A program made the position numbers and the translations under genes. Positions 11,331 through 24,479 of a stretch of DNA of 64,000 nucleotides are shown here, one piece after another (position 1 is the first letter of the stretch; each line of letters starts with the position of its first letter). Source of the DNA: Camelus dromedarius. Lineage: Eukaryota. The notes below the pieces were generated by a model, which saw only the letters and a list, made by a program, of their open reading frames with translations, had not been told where the DNA came from and did no database searches. The stretch lies in contig NC_087437.1 in the NCBI RefSeq assembly GCF_036321535.1, positions 5,270,001-5,334,000 of the forward strand, in the 5' to 3' direction.

Positions 11331-14029
11331 CAGGTTATTTAAACACAAATAGATCTTGTCGGTGGTGATATAACTTCATTTTTGCAGGTGAAGTGATAAA
11401 GGTAAAGTGATGGGAAACAGTAACTCTGGGCTTAACCTGAATTCTGCAGCAGTAGGGATTTTGGTTAGAGCTCTGTTATCAACTGAACACTACCAAAGTT
11501 CCTGAAATTTGATGAGGAGTTTTTTTATCTCCTTAAATTTCTCCACGACGTTTATGTAAAGTAGGTGGTGAATGATACTGTCTCATTTTACCTACAAGGA
11601 AATGAGGGGAAGTGGTTGGATGGCCCGCCCACAGTTACCTGGCTGGGAGTGACAAAGCCAGACCTGTGGGACCCGACCTCCTTCCTCTCCTCTCAGGGGA
11701 CGTCCCCTCAACAGACTTGGACCTATTCTAAAATCCTCCCAGCCACTCATGGGTGGACTCTCCATCTTTTTAGAGAGTCTCGATTAACCAGAGCACCCCA
11801 CTAGCACAGCATCCCAGTTGATGAGAGTTTTTTAATCCAACTGAGTCTCTCTGTTGTTAGAGACTGTAAGAGCCTAGAGAAGCCAAGAACAAGACAAGAG
11901 CGTGGTTGGCTGTGTGGTCTGATGGAAAGAACGTGGCGCCAGGCAGAGAGACCTGAATCCTCCGTTTCTACAACTTGCTTCCCACATGACTTGCCCCCAT
12001 CTCTCTCCATGACCTGCTTTCCTCATCTGTCAAGTGGGTAAGACTCTGCCAACTTAAAATCCCTTACAGCTTCACCGTTCTACAATTTCATGATGGGAAA
12101 ACAGGCCTTAGAGACCAAGGGGAGTTGAGGTTGGCCATTCTGATGAGTAATGACCATGGAGTGTCTCAACCGTCTTCAAATATTTGATTAATCATTTCAG
12201 TGACTGTTGTTTGCATCTCCCACATTGACAGAAGAAAAAGAAATTGCCTGGGGCTGGAGCAAGGGGAAAGTCTGGTTTGATGTAGAGGACTCTTGCACGG
12301 TCCTGCTGATTAAATTCTGGAGTTGGGGCTCAAGAGAAATGGTAGCTTCACCATTAATAAGGAAGAAAACTGACAACATCTGCCTGTTGGGGCTTCAGGT
12401 GGGCTAGACTGAGACAGGGGCTAAATGGATAGATCCCCAGCTGCAAGAAAAGGAAGTTTTAGGCAGATCAGTAACTTAGGCATTTTGTGAATCCAGAAAC
12501 TGGCAGGCTTGCTGGCTGTCCTCCCTTCCAAGATGATTTACTTGTTTTTTCATGGAAGAATCAAAAAGACCCAGGACTGAAGGTGCACACACATAGAGGT
12601 CCACCACAGGAAGCATTTTAATACCCTGGTAAGTGAAATCTATTTCTTAACATCATTGAGCCTTTATATTATTTGGAGGCAGCAGAAAAATGCAAAGCCA
12701 CATTGAGTTTAATGATTAGTGAGCTACCCATTTAAATACAGAAGTGTAGGTTTTACTATATTAGTGATAGGCTGAAAAACTTTTCTTCTTTCCTCAGTCA
12801 GCCAACATGGAGCCTGAGTTTTTAAACCACCTCTGGATTGAACAAAGTCCTTTACCTCATTTCCAAGACACAGTTTTCTGTAACTGCCAGCATCACCATT
12901 AAAATCATTTGGGGGCTCTTCACCAGCAGGCAGGCTGCCTTCCCCAGGACGGCTCACCTGACCTCTGCCTTCAGGTCTCAGCCTAGCTCGCTGACTCCCT
13001 CTGCAAGTCTGTCCCGGGCGGGCGCACCCCCGGCCCATGCCTGCCTTCATGGCAGCCCGCTTCTCCACGGCCAGTACCAATCAGCACAGTTACAACCACT
13101 GGGGCAACTACTCAGGGTCTGCGGGGGGCCCAGGGGAGCCAGGACTGGGTCCGTCTCCATCGCTTTCCAGCACTCAGCACTCTGGGTGGGAGTTCGAACT
13201 GCACGTCTAGAGAGGAAACCGACCCCACGTGCCCACATGAATGCACAGGGGCTCCTCTTGCAGGCGCTCCTCTTGTGGGTGCTGAGACCAGCAACCCGCA
13301 GCCAGCAGGTCTTAAGTGACAGTTAACAGGAACCTGTGCACACCGCCCTGCTTCCTTCTCCGGCCACAGTCACCGAGAACCCCAGTGGAGGGCTTGCTGG
13401 GTCCCGCCTTTGGGTCTGACGGGATGCCGCCACTCTGGGAGCAGATGCAGAACCGGACTCCCCCGGGAGGCCGCCCTGCCCTGCTCACGCAGCATCAGCA
13501 CCCCTCGCAGGGCCGCTGAGACCCCCAGGGAGTTGTTCCCAGCTGCCTCCAGGCTGCCTGTGCCCTAGCCCTCCTTCCCCATCCCCTCTCCCCAGCCCTC
13601 TCACCACCTCATCTTGAATCCCAACTGCTGCTCCCGGCCTGCTGGGGTGAGCCCAGCAGGATGGTCCCCCAGGGCCAGCCCAGCCCGCACTGGGGGTGGG
13701 CAGTGAGCTCTGTCAGCATATTCCTACTCCTAACTGTATTCCACTGCTCCCTGAGAGCTCATCCTGAACCCTGACTTGTGCTTTAGAACGGGCTTGATTA
13801 ATATGTTTAGATTAGGGGACTGATAAAGTGTGCTTCTGAGAAATTAATTAGAATGTCTCCTTCCAGCGTTTTCTTAAATCTAGTCCCATTAAGCATAACT
13901 CTGGTGAAGGGTGATCTACTTAGAGATGTGAAAATATTCAGACAAGGGTGGGACTCATGTTCACCGTTGTGTGACTTTTAAACCACTAACAAATACCTTA
14001 AGACTTTATAAATATTACCCCAGTATTTC

Positions 14030-15090
14030 TATTAGTCGGGATGGGATATGCTGTGCTTCTGATAAACTTCATCGTCTCAGGGGCTAGCAAAGGTTTACTT
14101 ATCCTTCAGGTCACAGTCCATCTTGAACTTGCCAAGGGTGTGGGATAAGGGAGGGCTGGGCAGCATGAGATGCTTTTAAATGTGGGGCTCACATCATTCA
14201 AACGTCCATGAATGATAAATGATGGAGAGGGTGTGGAGAAAAGGGAACCCTCCTACACTGCTGATGGGAAACAGTATGGAATTTCCTCAAGAAAACTAAA
14301 AATAGACTTACTATATGATCCAGCCATCCCACTTCTGGGTATATATCCAGAGGGAACTCTTCCAATTAGAAAAGGTACATGCACCCCAATGTTCATAGCA
14401 GCACTATTTACAATACCCAAGACATGGAAGCAACCTAAATGTCCATCAACAAATGACTGGATAAAGAAGCTGTGGTGTATTCATACAATGGAATACTACT
14501 CAGCCATAAAAAGGAATAAAATAATAGCATTTGCAACAAGATGGATGGACCTGGAGTTCATAATTCTAAGTGAAGCCAGAAAGAGAAAGAAATATACCAT
14601 ATCACTCATATGTGAAACCAAAAAAAAAAAAAAAAAAAAGACACCATGAACTCATCTACAAAACAGAAACAGACTCACAGACATAGTAAACAGTATTATG
14701 GTTACCAGGGAAAGGAGGTAGGAAGGAATAAATTTGGGAGTTTGAGATTTACAAATGTTAGCCACTATATATAAAAACAGATTTTAAAAAGTTTTTTCTG
14801 TATAGCACAGGGAACTATGTTCAGTATCTTGTAATAATCTTTAATAAAAAAATGAAAACGAATATATGTATGCATATGCATGACTGGGACATTGTGCTGT
14901 ACACCAGAAATTGACACATTGTAACTGACTGTACTTCAATTAAAAAAATAAAAAAGGTGAGGCCCAGAGTGGATTGCATCACACTTGCTCATGTCCCGTT
15001 GGCCAGAACCCAGTCACATGGCCCCCAACTACAAGAGGGGCTGTGAAGTACAGGAGCCCACGGGTGTCGGGTGAACAGGGGTGGTCTCTG
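14030..15090. mobile_element. MaLR (MLT1J/K-like) LTR relic interrupted by an L1 (arms about 14030-14191 and 14956-15090)
   Basis: Typical MLT1 motif cattggccagaacccagtcacatggcccccaactacaagagggg-like sequence downstream and caaaggtttactt upstream. Confidence 0.6.
14192..14955 (+). mobile_element. LINE-1 3' fragment (ORF2 C-terminus and 3' UTR)
   Basis: ORF 14212-14649 has [12 protein letters not shown]...TCTPMFIAALFTI...WIKKLWCIHTMEYYSAIK. A-rich tail near 14941-14955. Small internal deletion at about 14270. Confidence 0.93.
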
Positions 15091-15550
15091 CCACGTTTAT
15101 TACCCAAAGGCATATGATTAACTGCTCCCAACAGACCAAATGCTTCACATACAGCGCACAAATCGTCAAAAAAAACCTGATGAGGTGGCATCAGCCTCAT
15201 CCACACGTGAGGAGACGGATGCTGGGAGATGCGAAAAACCTGACTTGAATTTACACGTGTCAGCTAGCCCAGCTCTGATTCCAAAGCTGGGCTGGGCGGG
15301 TCCACCCCATGAAGCCCAGCACAAAACAGGCCACCTGGTGACTTCCCTAACGCAGGTGTCCTCAGGACCTCCCTAGGTCAGTACTTGACCTTGTGGCCAT
15401 GTGCACTTTAGGGCAATACACCTGCGTTTTTTCAAGCCAATTTGGTAAGATTTCCTTCCCCTCCCCTGATGGCCCCTTGAGTGGCACTAAGCACCCACAT
15501 CCTCTCCTGAACCTCCTACGGGTGAGGAGCGGGTCTTGAAAACACTTTTT

Positions 15551-15677
15551 GTGGGGTGTAGGGGGAGGAGGGAATTAGGTTTATTTATTTATTTATTTAT
15601 TTATTTTAGAGGAGGTACTCGGGATTGACCTTGTGCACGTTAAGCATGCGCTCTACCACTTGAGCTACATCCTCCCC
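15551..15677 (-). mobile_element. tRNA-Ala-derived SINE (Vic-1-like), long form
   Basis: Reverse complement of GGGGAGG..TAGCTCAAGTGGTAGAGCGCATGCTT...ACCTCC plus (TAAA)n plus CCTAATT. Confidence 0.88.
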
Positions 15678-15699
15678 CACTTTTTTTTTTAAACTTTAA

Positions 15700-16260
15700 A
15701 ACTTTAATGGAGGCAAATAACATAAACTAAGTTAAAATCAAACTTAAAAACTGGGAAAAGAGATTTGCAATGCATATCATAAGCAAGGAATTAATGCCTA
15801 GAATCCCTAAAGAACGTGCATAAATCAATTTAAAAAGACAAACATATGGAAAATTGAGGAAAAAATATAACCAAGCAATTCACAGAAAGGGGCACTCAAA
15901 TGGCCAATAAACAGGACAGACGCCCAAACCGACCAGTCACGAGGACAATGCAATTAACACGAACATGACGACAATCAGTGGACTAATAACCCCACGCTGT
16001 GAAGAGACGGGGAAACAGGAATCCTTGGACACTGGCGTCCGAAGTACAAACTGCTGCAGTCACTTTGGAGAATTGTTTGACAACATCTAATAAACTGGAG
16101 GTGTGCATATCCTTCAACCCAGTAGGCCTCCTAGATACACACTCCAAAGACGTTCTCATACGTGGTCACCAGGAAACGAGCAAACATGTTCACCGCAGCA
16201 CTGTTTGAAAATAGTCAGGCGTGGAAGCAGCTTAACCGTGCATCCGTAGGAAGATGGGTA
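15700..16260 (+). mobile_element. Old L1 (L1ME-like) ORF2 3' relic
   Basis: Degenerate ctgggaaaagagatttgcaatgcat...caaatggccaataaac...gtcactttggagaattgtttgaca. Confidence 0.65.
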
Positions 16261-18017
16261 AATTTACACTTCGAGTAAAAGGCTCAGAATTCAGCCACAG
16301 TTTCAGAGGAACGTCTCTTGTTCCTGGGAGAGGTTTTCTTCCCTTTCCCTCTAAAAACCTTCCACAGGCAAACACTGGCCCGAAGACCTTCCAGAACCCT
16401 CCAGGGCAGCCTCTCTTCTCCCTCCGTGAGGCTGGCCTTGGCCTCCCCGCAAGTCTGAGTGCCTCGGACTCCCCAGGAGGCCCCGTCGGGTGGTGGCAGC
16501 AGGGCCAGAGCAGCTACCTGTGTCCCTGCCTCTGGTAGCGGATCACTTCTCAGGAACCCCCGTCCCTCCAGACCCGCTGTGGCCGCCGCAGCCCCAAGGA
16601 CTGACCACCACGCGTAAAAGTCTCACGCCAAACCCTGCAAGTCTTTGCTACTTCTACTGGTCACTGGGGCCTGGGCAGGGCCCATGCACCATAGCCTTTT
16701 CCCCTACCGGCAACCACAGCAAAGTAAAATTTCCTCCAGGCAGCCCCACACTCACACAGGATGTAGGGACCAGGTTGAGGGGCTTGTTTATTTACCTTTC
16801 GTAGAAAGCATCTCATCTCACAGAGAAGCTGGGATGGGATTCCTAGGTATCCCGTGGCCGTGGGGCTCCTTCCTGGCCTCACTGCCGACTCCCGGAAGGG
16901 TTTATCCATCCCACAGGCCCCGGTCACGCCCCAGGGCAACCACCCACAGCCTCCTGCGTGGGACCCAGGTGTCAGGAATTTTTTAACCTACTCCCCCCTC
17001 AGTGACTCTAAGGTGCAGCCAATTAGAGAACTGCCCGAGGTAAGCTGAAACCTGGCCGGACAGCAGCAGGGGTGTGGAGGAGCCAGGAGGGTAAGACCTT
17101 CGGGAGTTACCTGTTAGCCGGATGCTAGGCTGCGCATTCAAATGAGCTACATCCACCTGTAACTTTTTTCCACAACAAATCCTGCCACCACCAATGTCAC
17201 TTAATTATTAAAAACTAGACCCGACTCTGAGTGATGTCAGCTGTCCACCTGGAGGGCACGGCCGGGGTCCTGAGAGCTGGGGGCCTTGTTTCCGCCCCAG
17301 CCCGCTGCTGGGGAGCCTATTTCTCAAGGGTCGTGGTCCTCTAAAATATGGGCTAAGAGATAGTATGTGTATTAAGTCAAAATGCTGTGTAGATCTTTCT
17401 GAGTATAATTGTGGGAAATGTCATTAAAAAATAACTTTGAACAAGCTGCTTTCTTTAGAACTATATTTATAAAAGTATCTTCTCTTTGGACAGAGCCTTC
17501 AACCTTTGTGTGTAGGCTCTGGGGGGCTGGGAGGGAAGTCTGCTCAAAAATCAACAGGAAAAATGACTATAGTGGGGCCATCTAAGGGTTTCAATTCTGC
17601 CCCATAAAAATCTATAAACAATGTGTTTTATTTTAGCAAATTTGCAAAGACTCACTTCTTGAAATTGACTTAAAAGCTTGGAGACTTGCTTAGAAACTGC
17701 TGTAGGGCTTTTTGTTCTCGGCTCCACCACTCTGGGCGGTGGGAGGTGGCCACACCCTGACTTACCTGCTGGCACCTGATTCTCGTTTTCTGTCTTCCTT
17801 CTACAAATAACCAGAAAGCAGAGCTGCTCAGCTGGCTCCAGTATTCTCACAGGAGCTTCTATCTCGTCTCCAAAGTCATCCTGTTGCTGCCAGGAGTCTG
17901 AAACTTAGGCAATGTGAATGGAGGACCCAGGGTCCAATCCTCTGGATGCGAGGCTACGACCTTTCACTGCGATGTGATAAATTCTCAATACTCACAATGC
18001 ATTAAACTCACAGATGA

Positions 18018-18023
18018 TTTATT
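18018..18023 (-). terminator. RFTN1 poly(A) signal (AATAAA on - strand)
   Basis: tttatt at 18018-18023, about 1 kb downstream of the RFTN1 stop. Confidence 0.75.
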
Positions 18024-18998
18024 GCTTTGAGTAACTAAACAAGAAAGAGAAGAGACAGGCTGCTGTTTTGGTCAAGACGGCTGGCGCTCTCCCCTCAAGG
18101 TTTGCCAGCTGCACTACTTAAAGCCTCAACAACACTTTCTGGGCGATACAAACATGTGACAGCATCCATGGGAAGTGACTTGGCCAATGATACACTGATG
18201 ACAGCAGCACATAACCAGGGCTCCCCCCAGTTGGTGTGCCCCAAAATGACAGACAAAGCGTATGTTCATATGATGTGCTGAATACAAAACCTTTAAAAAA
18301 ACTTTTTGGCGTTAATACTAACACAGAATACTTTCTTGGACATTCTGCAAGAGTAGGTACACACACAGAATTAGCTCTTCATTTCCAGATTACCAGTATC
18401 TATGGGAACACTTTGAGAAAAGCCAGGAGGTGGGGCACCTCCCCTCCCCAATGTCATTTTCTTTGCCAAAGCAATGGGGTCCAAGGGGGGGTTGAGGGGA
18501 GAAGGGCAGCTGGCAGGGCGCCAGAGGTTGTCATGATCGTCAGGGAGCTGCAGCGAACAGCAGGGATGGACCCTGCCCTCTGCCCTTGAGGGGCTGGGGA
18601 TGAATAGCTTGGCCTTGACTCTAGCCAGGGAGGCCCTTGCATGTGGCCCAAAGGCCCCCTGGAGGCCCTGGGGGTGGGGGTGGACACCGGCACTGGATGG
18701 TCCAGCCCGTCCAAGGAGGAGCGGTGGAGCCAGGCTGGGCCTCCAGCCCTGAGGTCTAGGAGTAACCTGACCTCTTGCGTTCTAACGCTGGGGCATCACA
18801 ACACGTTTCAAATGGATGTGCAGAAACCAACACTGTCAATGACCCAGCCCTCACAGGGTCCAGGTAAGCTCACAAGGAGAGGTCAAGCCAAGCCAAAGGG
18901 TAACAATGGACACCAGAGCAAACCAGCCCCCAGCCTGGCCGCTGGCACCGAGCCTCCAGTGTGCTGGCTGGTCAGGCCTCAGCACACCTGCCGGGGAC

Positions 18999-19370
18999 TC
19001 AGTTGTCCTCTGCTGCTGCCTCCTCAGCACCTCCCTCCCTGGCACCCTCTCCAGGATCAGGACTGGAGCGCCCAGCGCCGCCCCCAGCCGGGGACGGGCT
19101 GTGGCCAGAGGGACCGTTCTGCACGGCCCCGCCATCCACACAGAGCTGGCCGTCGGGACACAGCTTTTCCCCTGTGACCTTCTCCTGGGAGGCCCAGTCC
19201 TCCTGCTGCAGCCCCGGCAGATGGTTTCCCATGTCTCCCGCTTTGGGAAACTGGTCTTCTAGATTCTTCTCCTTTTCTTCTGTCTGCTGCTTGTCTCTGG
19301 CTCCGCGCTTACCCCTGGATTTCCTGGACTGCCTGTTGCGCATTTCTTCTCGGGAGAATCGCCACTGAAA
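18999..19370 (-). CDS. RFTN1: RFTN1 (raftlin) last coding exon
   Basis: tttctAG acceptor (ct at 19371-19372), phase 0. Encodes FQWRFSREEMRNRQSRKSRGKRGARDKQQTEEKEKNLEDQ...AVQNGPSGHS...AAAEDN*, matching the recalled raftlin C-terminus. Confidence 0.95.
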   Translation of the reverse strand, partial: FQWRFSREEMRNRQSRKSRGKRGARDKQQTEEKEKNLEDQFPKAGDMGNHLPGLQQEDWASQEKVTGEKLCPDGQLCVDGGAVQNGPSGHSPSPAGGGAGRSSPDPGEGAREGGAEEAAAEDN

Positions 19371-20379
19371 CTAGAAATTGGGGAAGATGGAGATAAATAC
19401 GTCAGCCTCCGTGAATGGAGAGCTTGCAACGAACGTTTGCATTCACACAGTGTCACTTCTCACAGCAAGACACACAATTTCCAGTATTCCTGGAGCAGGG
19501 CGTGTCCGGCACCAAACCAAATCAAGGCCCAAATGTCACACCCACCGAGAGCCTGAGGATGCTGGCCACGGCATGTATCTTACTTGCGGATTTCAGGGTT
19601 TGGGGAATGGGCGAGAGGTACTTCTTTCCATTGGCCCCAGATCAAAGGCCTGGGAAAGCAAGTGCTGAAATCCGGCCATCGGGAGAAGCAGGATGGGGGA
19701 GGGGACGCGGGCCTGCTCTTCCCAAGTGCCAGCGCTCCGGCTACTCCCACTCAGAGCAGCTGTGCATACCGCCCACCGGCCACCCTCTTCCCCAGGTCAC
19801 CTGAGTCAGAAGGCACAGATGTGGGCGCCCAGGGCCCCCTGCCACCACTGCAGGGGCTGCTGCAGCTGACAGCCCCCTGCCTCTGCTAGAGAGCCCAGCT
19901 ACCCCCCACCCCCAGAGGCTCTCTCCCTCCAGGCCAAGCTACGACCAGTGACTGATCCAGGCGGGGACAACGGCCCGTCCTCCGGTTTCCAGCTCGAGGC
20001 AAAGCTAACAAACCAGCCCAGCTCCGGGGAGACCTGGATGGAGCGCTGGCCGAGGCCACAGCTGCGAGTGCCTCACAGCCCAGAGTCTCCCCCGCCCCCT
20101 CCCGCGCCCTTCTACCCATGGGTGTTGTTCCCAAGGGCACTCCCCCTAAAACCTCATCCAGATTCATCCCAGACGCGGCTCCCAGGGAGCCCCACCTGCG
20201 GCCGAGTGTTTCCCTGTGGGACAGGGAAGTCCACGGAGCTCAGAAAGGCCCAAGGGCACAGTCAGTGTCGGAGCAGGGCAAGCCCTGCGTCACATCGAAG
20301 CCACGGAGCGAGACCGCCCGCCTGACTCCTCAGCCTCTGTTCTCATCTACACAACCCGGAGAATGACTCTAACCTGAAT

Positions 20380-20573
20380 CAGGGCCAAAACTTTTCCTAC
20401 AGTCAGAGAACTACTCCAGGCTTTGCAGGCCCTACGGCCGCTGCTGCAGCCGCTCGCTCCACCACTGTCGCACACAAGTGCCCACGGATGGCACGTAATG
20501 AACGGGCATGGCTGTGTTCCAATAAAACTTTATCTACAAAAACAGGCGGCGGGCCGGAGTTTGCCAAGCTCTG
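20380..20573. mobile_element. MER58A-like hAT-Charlie DNA transposon
   Basis: Diagnostic gggcatggctgtgttccaataaaactttatctacaaaaacaggcggcgggcc; CAG...CTG ends. Confidence 0.8.
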
Positions 20574-23459
20574 CCTGAGAGGGTATTTATGTCGACTCGG
20601 TGATGCAATAACCCATGTAATGGGCTTAGCGCTGTGCCCAGCACACGAAATACCAGATACGTCTGCTGTCATTACTGACGCCAGGCGTAGGCTTGCAAGG
20701 TCAGGGATGCCACCTGTCCTCTGCGCACCCGAGTCCCTGGGATGCAGCGCAGAGCCTGGCGCAGGGAAGGTGCTCCAAACCTCTCCTGCGATGCATGGAT
20801 GGATGCAAGGACCACGGAGTCTGGCCAAGCTGACTGCACCGGGTTTTGGTGGTGGGGGCGGGATGTGAGCCAGTCCTGTGATTTTGGTCAGAACACAGCT
20901 TGGGGTTTAGTGAGGAGGCACTCGTGCATCCACACATCAGGTCTGGCTGGGCTCCAGAAAGAGAAATCAATTTGAAAAATCAGTTCAAAGTCCTGCTGAG
21001 TCTGCTGACGACAGGAACTGCTCCAGAAGACTGTCTGGAATAAATCTGGGCAAATGAGCTGGAGCAGACATGGAAGCATGAAGGGTGTTTGTAAAAGAAG
21101 TGTGCAAAAAAATAAAATAAAATAAAATAGGCGTGTGCTTTGTAGGTAACAACTCAGGGAGGTCTGCGACCTTATCCCTCTCTCCAAATGTAAGGGGTCC
21201 CCCAATCTTCCTGCCGAAGGTCCCTCTCAACTTTGCCGTCTTGATGTCAGGTCCTCCCTGGTGGGGCCCGGGCCCCAGTGCTCAGAGACAGAGGCTGGAG
21301 AGCTGGGTGGTGTGCACTCAGAGTGATGGCACCCCTGAGGTCTTTGGGACATGCCAGGCACAGAGGATAGAGAGCTGGGTGGGTGAGGGCCGGTGTCCAG
21401 AGGCCCCGCTGGAGAGAGGGGTCTTGCTGGGGAGACTCGGGGGCCTGGATCCCGGGGGGAGGGTCTGGGCCACCCCACAGGTGCAGCTCCGGCCCACGGG
21501 ACACACAGCTGTTTCACTTGAATTTCACTTCTTTCTTTTGTTTCCTTTCTTTCCACTTGAATCGGGCCACACGGGCTTCACCAAACATGGACTTCAATCT
21601 AAGCCATTCTGTGACGGAAAGAAAAGTGAAGGGAGTCCTCCGTTCTAGTGACTTGCTGGGAGCCCAGGAAGGCAGCTGCACCACCAGTGGAAAAACGATT
21701 TCCATGTCGCAGAGAAATCTGAGCGCCTGGCTGGGAAGAAGTGAACCTGTGCCACGTAAATCCTTAAAAAGTCTGCCACCCTTGTGGCGGTTGCCATGGT
21801 AGAGATCTGCTTCCTCAAATAAAACAACTGCCAGAACACACTTGGGGGGCTCAGCCGGAACACACCCTGGGGTTCATGCGCTGAACTCCTTTTGGACAAG
21901 ACTGGCACGACAGAATATTCTATCAGAGAAGAGGGAAAGGAGCAAAGTGCATGCCGAGGTTCGGATTTAACATCCATCCTGTCCTCCTCCACCTGCCCTC
22001 CCCCAAATCCCAAATGAGCTCACCTAGGATGTTGGCTGGGTTCCCCCGGGTGCTCCTTTTTGGGGATTTCCTCATGGGATGGCTGCCAGGCTGCTACTTA
22101 AGCCATGAGTTTCCAACAATGGACCCCCTCTGATGCCTCAGACCCCCACCCCAAAGGTTGCCCACTTCATCTCGAGGCCCACAGCCACCAGTGCGGGGCC
22201 AGGACTTCTGGCCTCAGCCTGGCTTCTGCGGCCCCAGGCTGGCCCTGCGTGGCTCTCAGGTACCCGGGGGTCATGGTCCCTAACTGCTGCCTTATCACCT
22301 GCAGCTGCTGCTGCATTTTAACTCCAGGCCAAACTGAAGAGCCTAGTGTTTTGTTTTGTTTTGTTTTGTTCCCAAATAGCCAGGCCCTCTGCATTTTGCA
22401 TGTTTTTAGAAGGAGGTCAGTAAAGCCTGCCTAGACACGGCGATCCGAGATGTCAGCTGTCTGAGAGGCTGGAGGGAGTTTTACTTTTGCCAAAAAGGTG
22501 GTGAGGCTGCTGGGGCTGAAAGGTCCTAAATGCTACGACACCCAAGCACCACCCGTACATAGCACAGCGGCTAAGGCCCTGGTTCAAACCCCAGTTCTGG
22601 CACTCGGTTGTCTGTCCCTGGGCAGGGCATTCATGTCCAAAAGAGCTGTCCCTGCCTGCAGGGCGGAGGTGCACACCCCGGGGCCCACTCGGTCCGTGCT
22701 GGGTGTGAACAGCGCCCCCCGCAGGTGGGCCGCGTACAGCCAGGACGATCCCCTGCGCCAGACTCCCCCCGGACCCTGGTTATTTTCTAATGCAAACCCC
22801 ATCTTCTCCCTGAGGCTGCTCTCGCCAAATAAGCAACAGGACCTCCACGGTTCCTTGGACGCCCGGCCACATCCAGCTTCCCGGAGAGGGTCCCACTGTG
22901 TGGATCTCCTGATGGGACAGACAGAAGGATGCAGACTGGGAGAGGCCTGTGGTGGGCACACCCGCCACTTTCCGCAGGACCCTGCCAGGCTGCCGGGCAG
23001 AGGGGGATTTGGGACTGCATGTGGCAAGCTGGCTGGAACTATTCCAGCCCACGTCTTTCTGTCCTTCCAAGTCATCCCAGGAAAATCTGCCAAGCCACAT
23101 GCCTTCAAGGCCCGCACCATTTTCTGTGTCCTCCGATGGCGCAGGGTGACGTTATTGGCTCCCCAGGCTTGCAGCCGGTTCACCAGCAGGCTTTGGCTCA
23201 AGTCGTTCACTTCCTCCGCCTCCTCTTTGCTGGGGGACATGCTCATGATGCAGGGAAGGAGCAGCGGCCAAAACTCAGGGTCCATATCATCTAAGAGCTA
23301 AATTTTCCGAATTTTGAGGGCCGACTGCCGGCAGAATCCCCACTTAGGAAAGAAAAGCACGTACCAAGGCATCCACCAGGTGTCTCACACTGTGACGAGG
23401 TTTCCCACTTCCCCGAATCCCCAAAGCAGTTCTCTCACCAGGCACTGTTAGCGCCATTG

Positions 23460-23580
23460 TATGATAAGCACACAGAGGGTCAGAGAGGTTAAGTAACTTG
23501 CCCAAAATCACACAGCCAGAAAGTAGCAGAGCTGAAATTCAAGCACAGGTTCCTCTGGCTCCATACTAACTTCCACCCTC
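23460..23580 (-). mobile_element. MIR relic
   Basis: cagagaggttaagtaacttgcccaaaatcacacagc...gagctgaaattcaa. Confidence 0.75.
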
Positions 23581-23736
23581 TCATTCCTGGTGGGTGAGGG
23601 GTTCTGGGCTCCTGTTCGGGAAGGAAGGGAGGAGAGGAAGCCAGGGGAAGGGTGACACACCTTTGGAATAGCTCAGCCCGTTGCACAAGGTGCCTCAGCT
23701 TCTGGACCTCATGACGTTAGGACCCATCTGCCAGGT

Positions 23737-23783
23737 CAGGTGCTCGACCCACGAAGCCAGGCGCTCGACCCACGAAGCCAGGC
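23737..23783. repeat. 21-bp tandem duplication CAGG(T/C)GCTCGACCCACGAAGC x2
   Basis: Units at 23737-23757 and 23758-23778 with one mismatch. Confidence 0.9.
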
Positions 23784-24307
23784 AGTCAGCTAATGGCAGC
23801 CTGGCCTTCACCGCCAGGAAAGATGCTTTGGTGTCTTATTCAAAACGAGTATCTACAGTGAAGGCTCCCTGACAGGCCTATTTTTACCAAATCAATAATG
23901 ATAAAATTTGAATGGAGAACCACAAAGTGGGTCTGGCAGGAGCCCCAGACCCCTCAGCTAAGACACTGGCTCCCAGACTGGAGGGGGTGTCAGTGTCCCT
24001 GGGGGGGGGGTTCCTTCAGACATGGGTCCCCCACCCTGTCCTGGGGTTTCTGACTCAGGGGGCCCGGGGAGGGGAGAGAGTGGCATTTTAAACAAGCTCC
24101 CAGGTGAGGCCGACACTGCTGGATCACGGACCACAGCGTGAGAAGCACGCAGCTGAGAACACCACCTGGGCAGGGTGAGAAACAGCTGGGAGGAAGGGAG
24201 GCCTCCCCGGCCCCCACCTCCGCAGCGTGCCCGCCTCCCTTCACCGGCAGGCTCCCCTCTCTCCTTTGCTGGGGACGGCCACCACCGCTCACCAGCAACA
24301 GAAATTA

Positions 24308-24479
24308 CAGTCGGCCCTTGGACAATGCGGGTCTGAGCTGTGTGTGGATGGTTTTCAGTAGGAAATGCTACTAGACGGTCAGTGGTTGGTTCCATCTGTG
24401 GATTCAGAGAACCTCGGATACGGAGGGTCCATTATAAATTATAGCCGGGCTAACGTCCGCGCTGTTCAAAGGTCGGCTC
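24308..24479. mobile_element. Short Tigger-type (TcMar) non-autonomous DNA transposon
   Basis: TA|CAGTCGGCCCTTGGACAA ... CTGTTCAAAGGTCGGCTC|TA: imperfect terminal inverted repeats with flanking TA. Confidence 0.7.

Noticed and set aside
17243..17260. CTCF-like motif ccacctggagggcac (also 27567 and 28468)
   Set aside because: Each deviates from the core spacing or key positions; not supportable without PWM or ChIP data.
22498..23301. Overlapping 267-aa (+) and 233-aa (-) ORFs
   Set aside because: No recognisable family. Splicing the nearby - strand AG to the RFTN1 exon gives a stop within 16 codons. Consistent with chance in GC-rich DNA.
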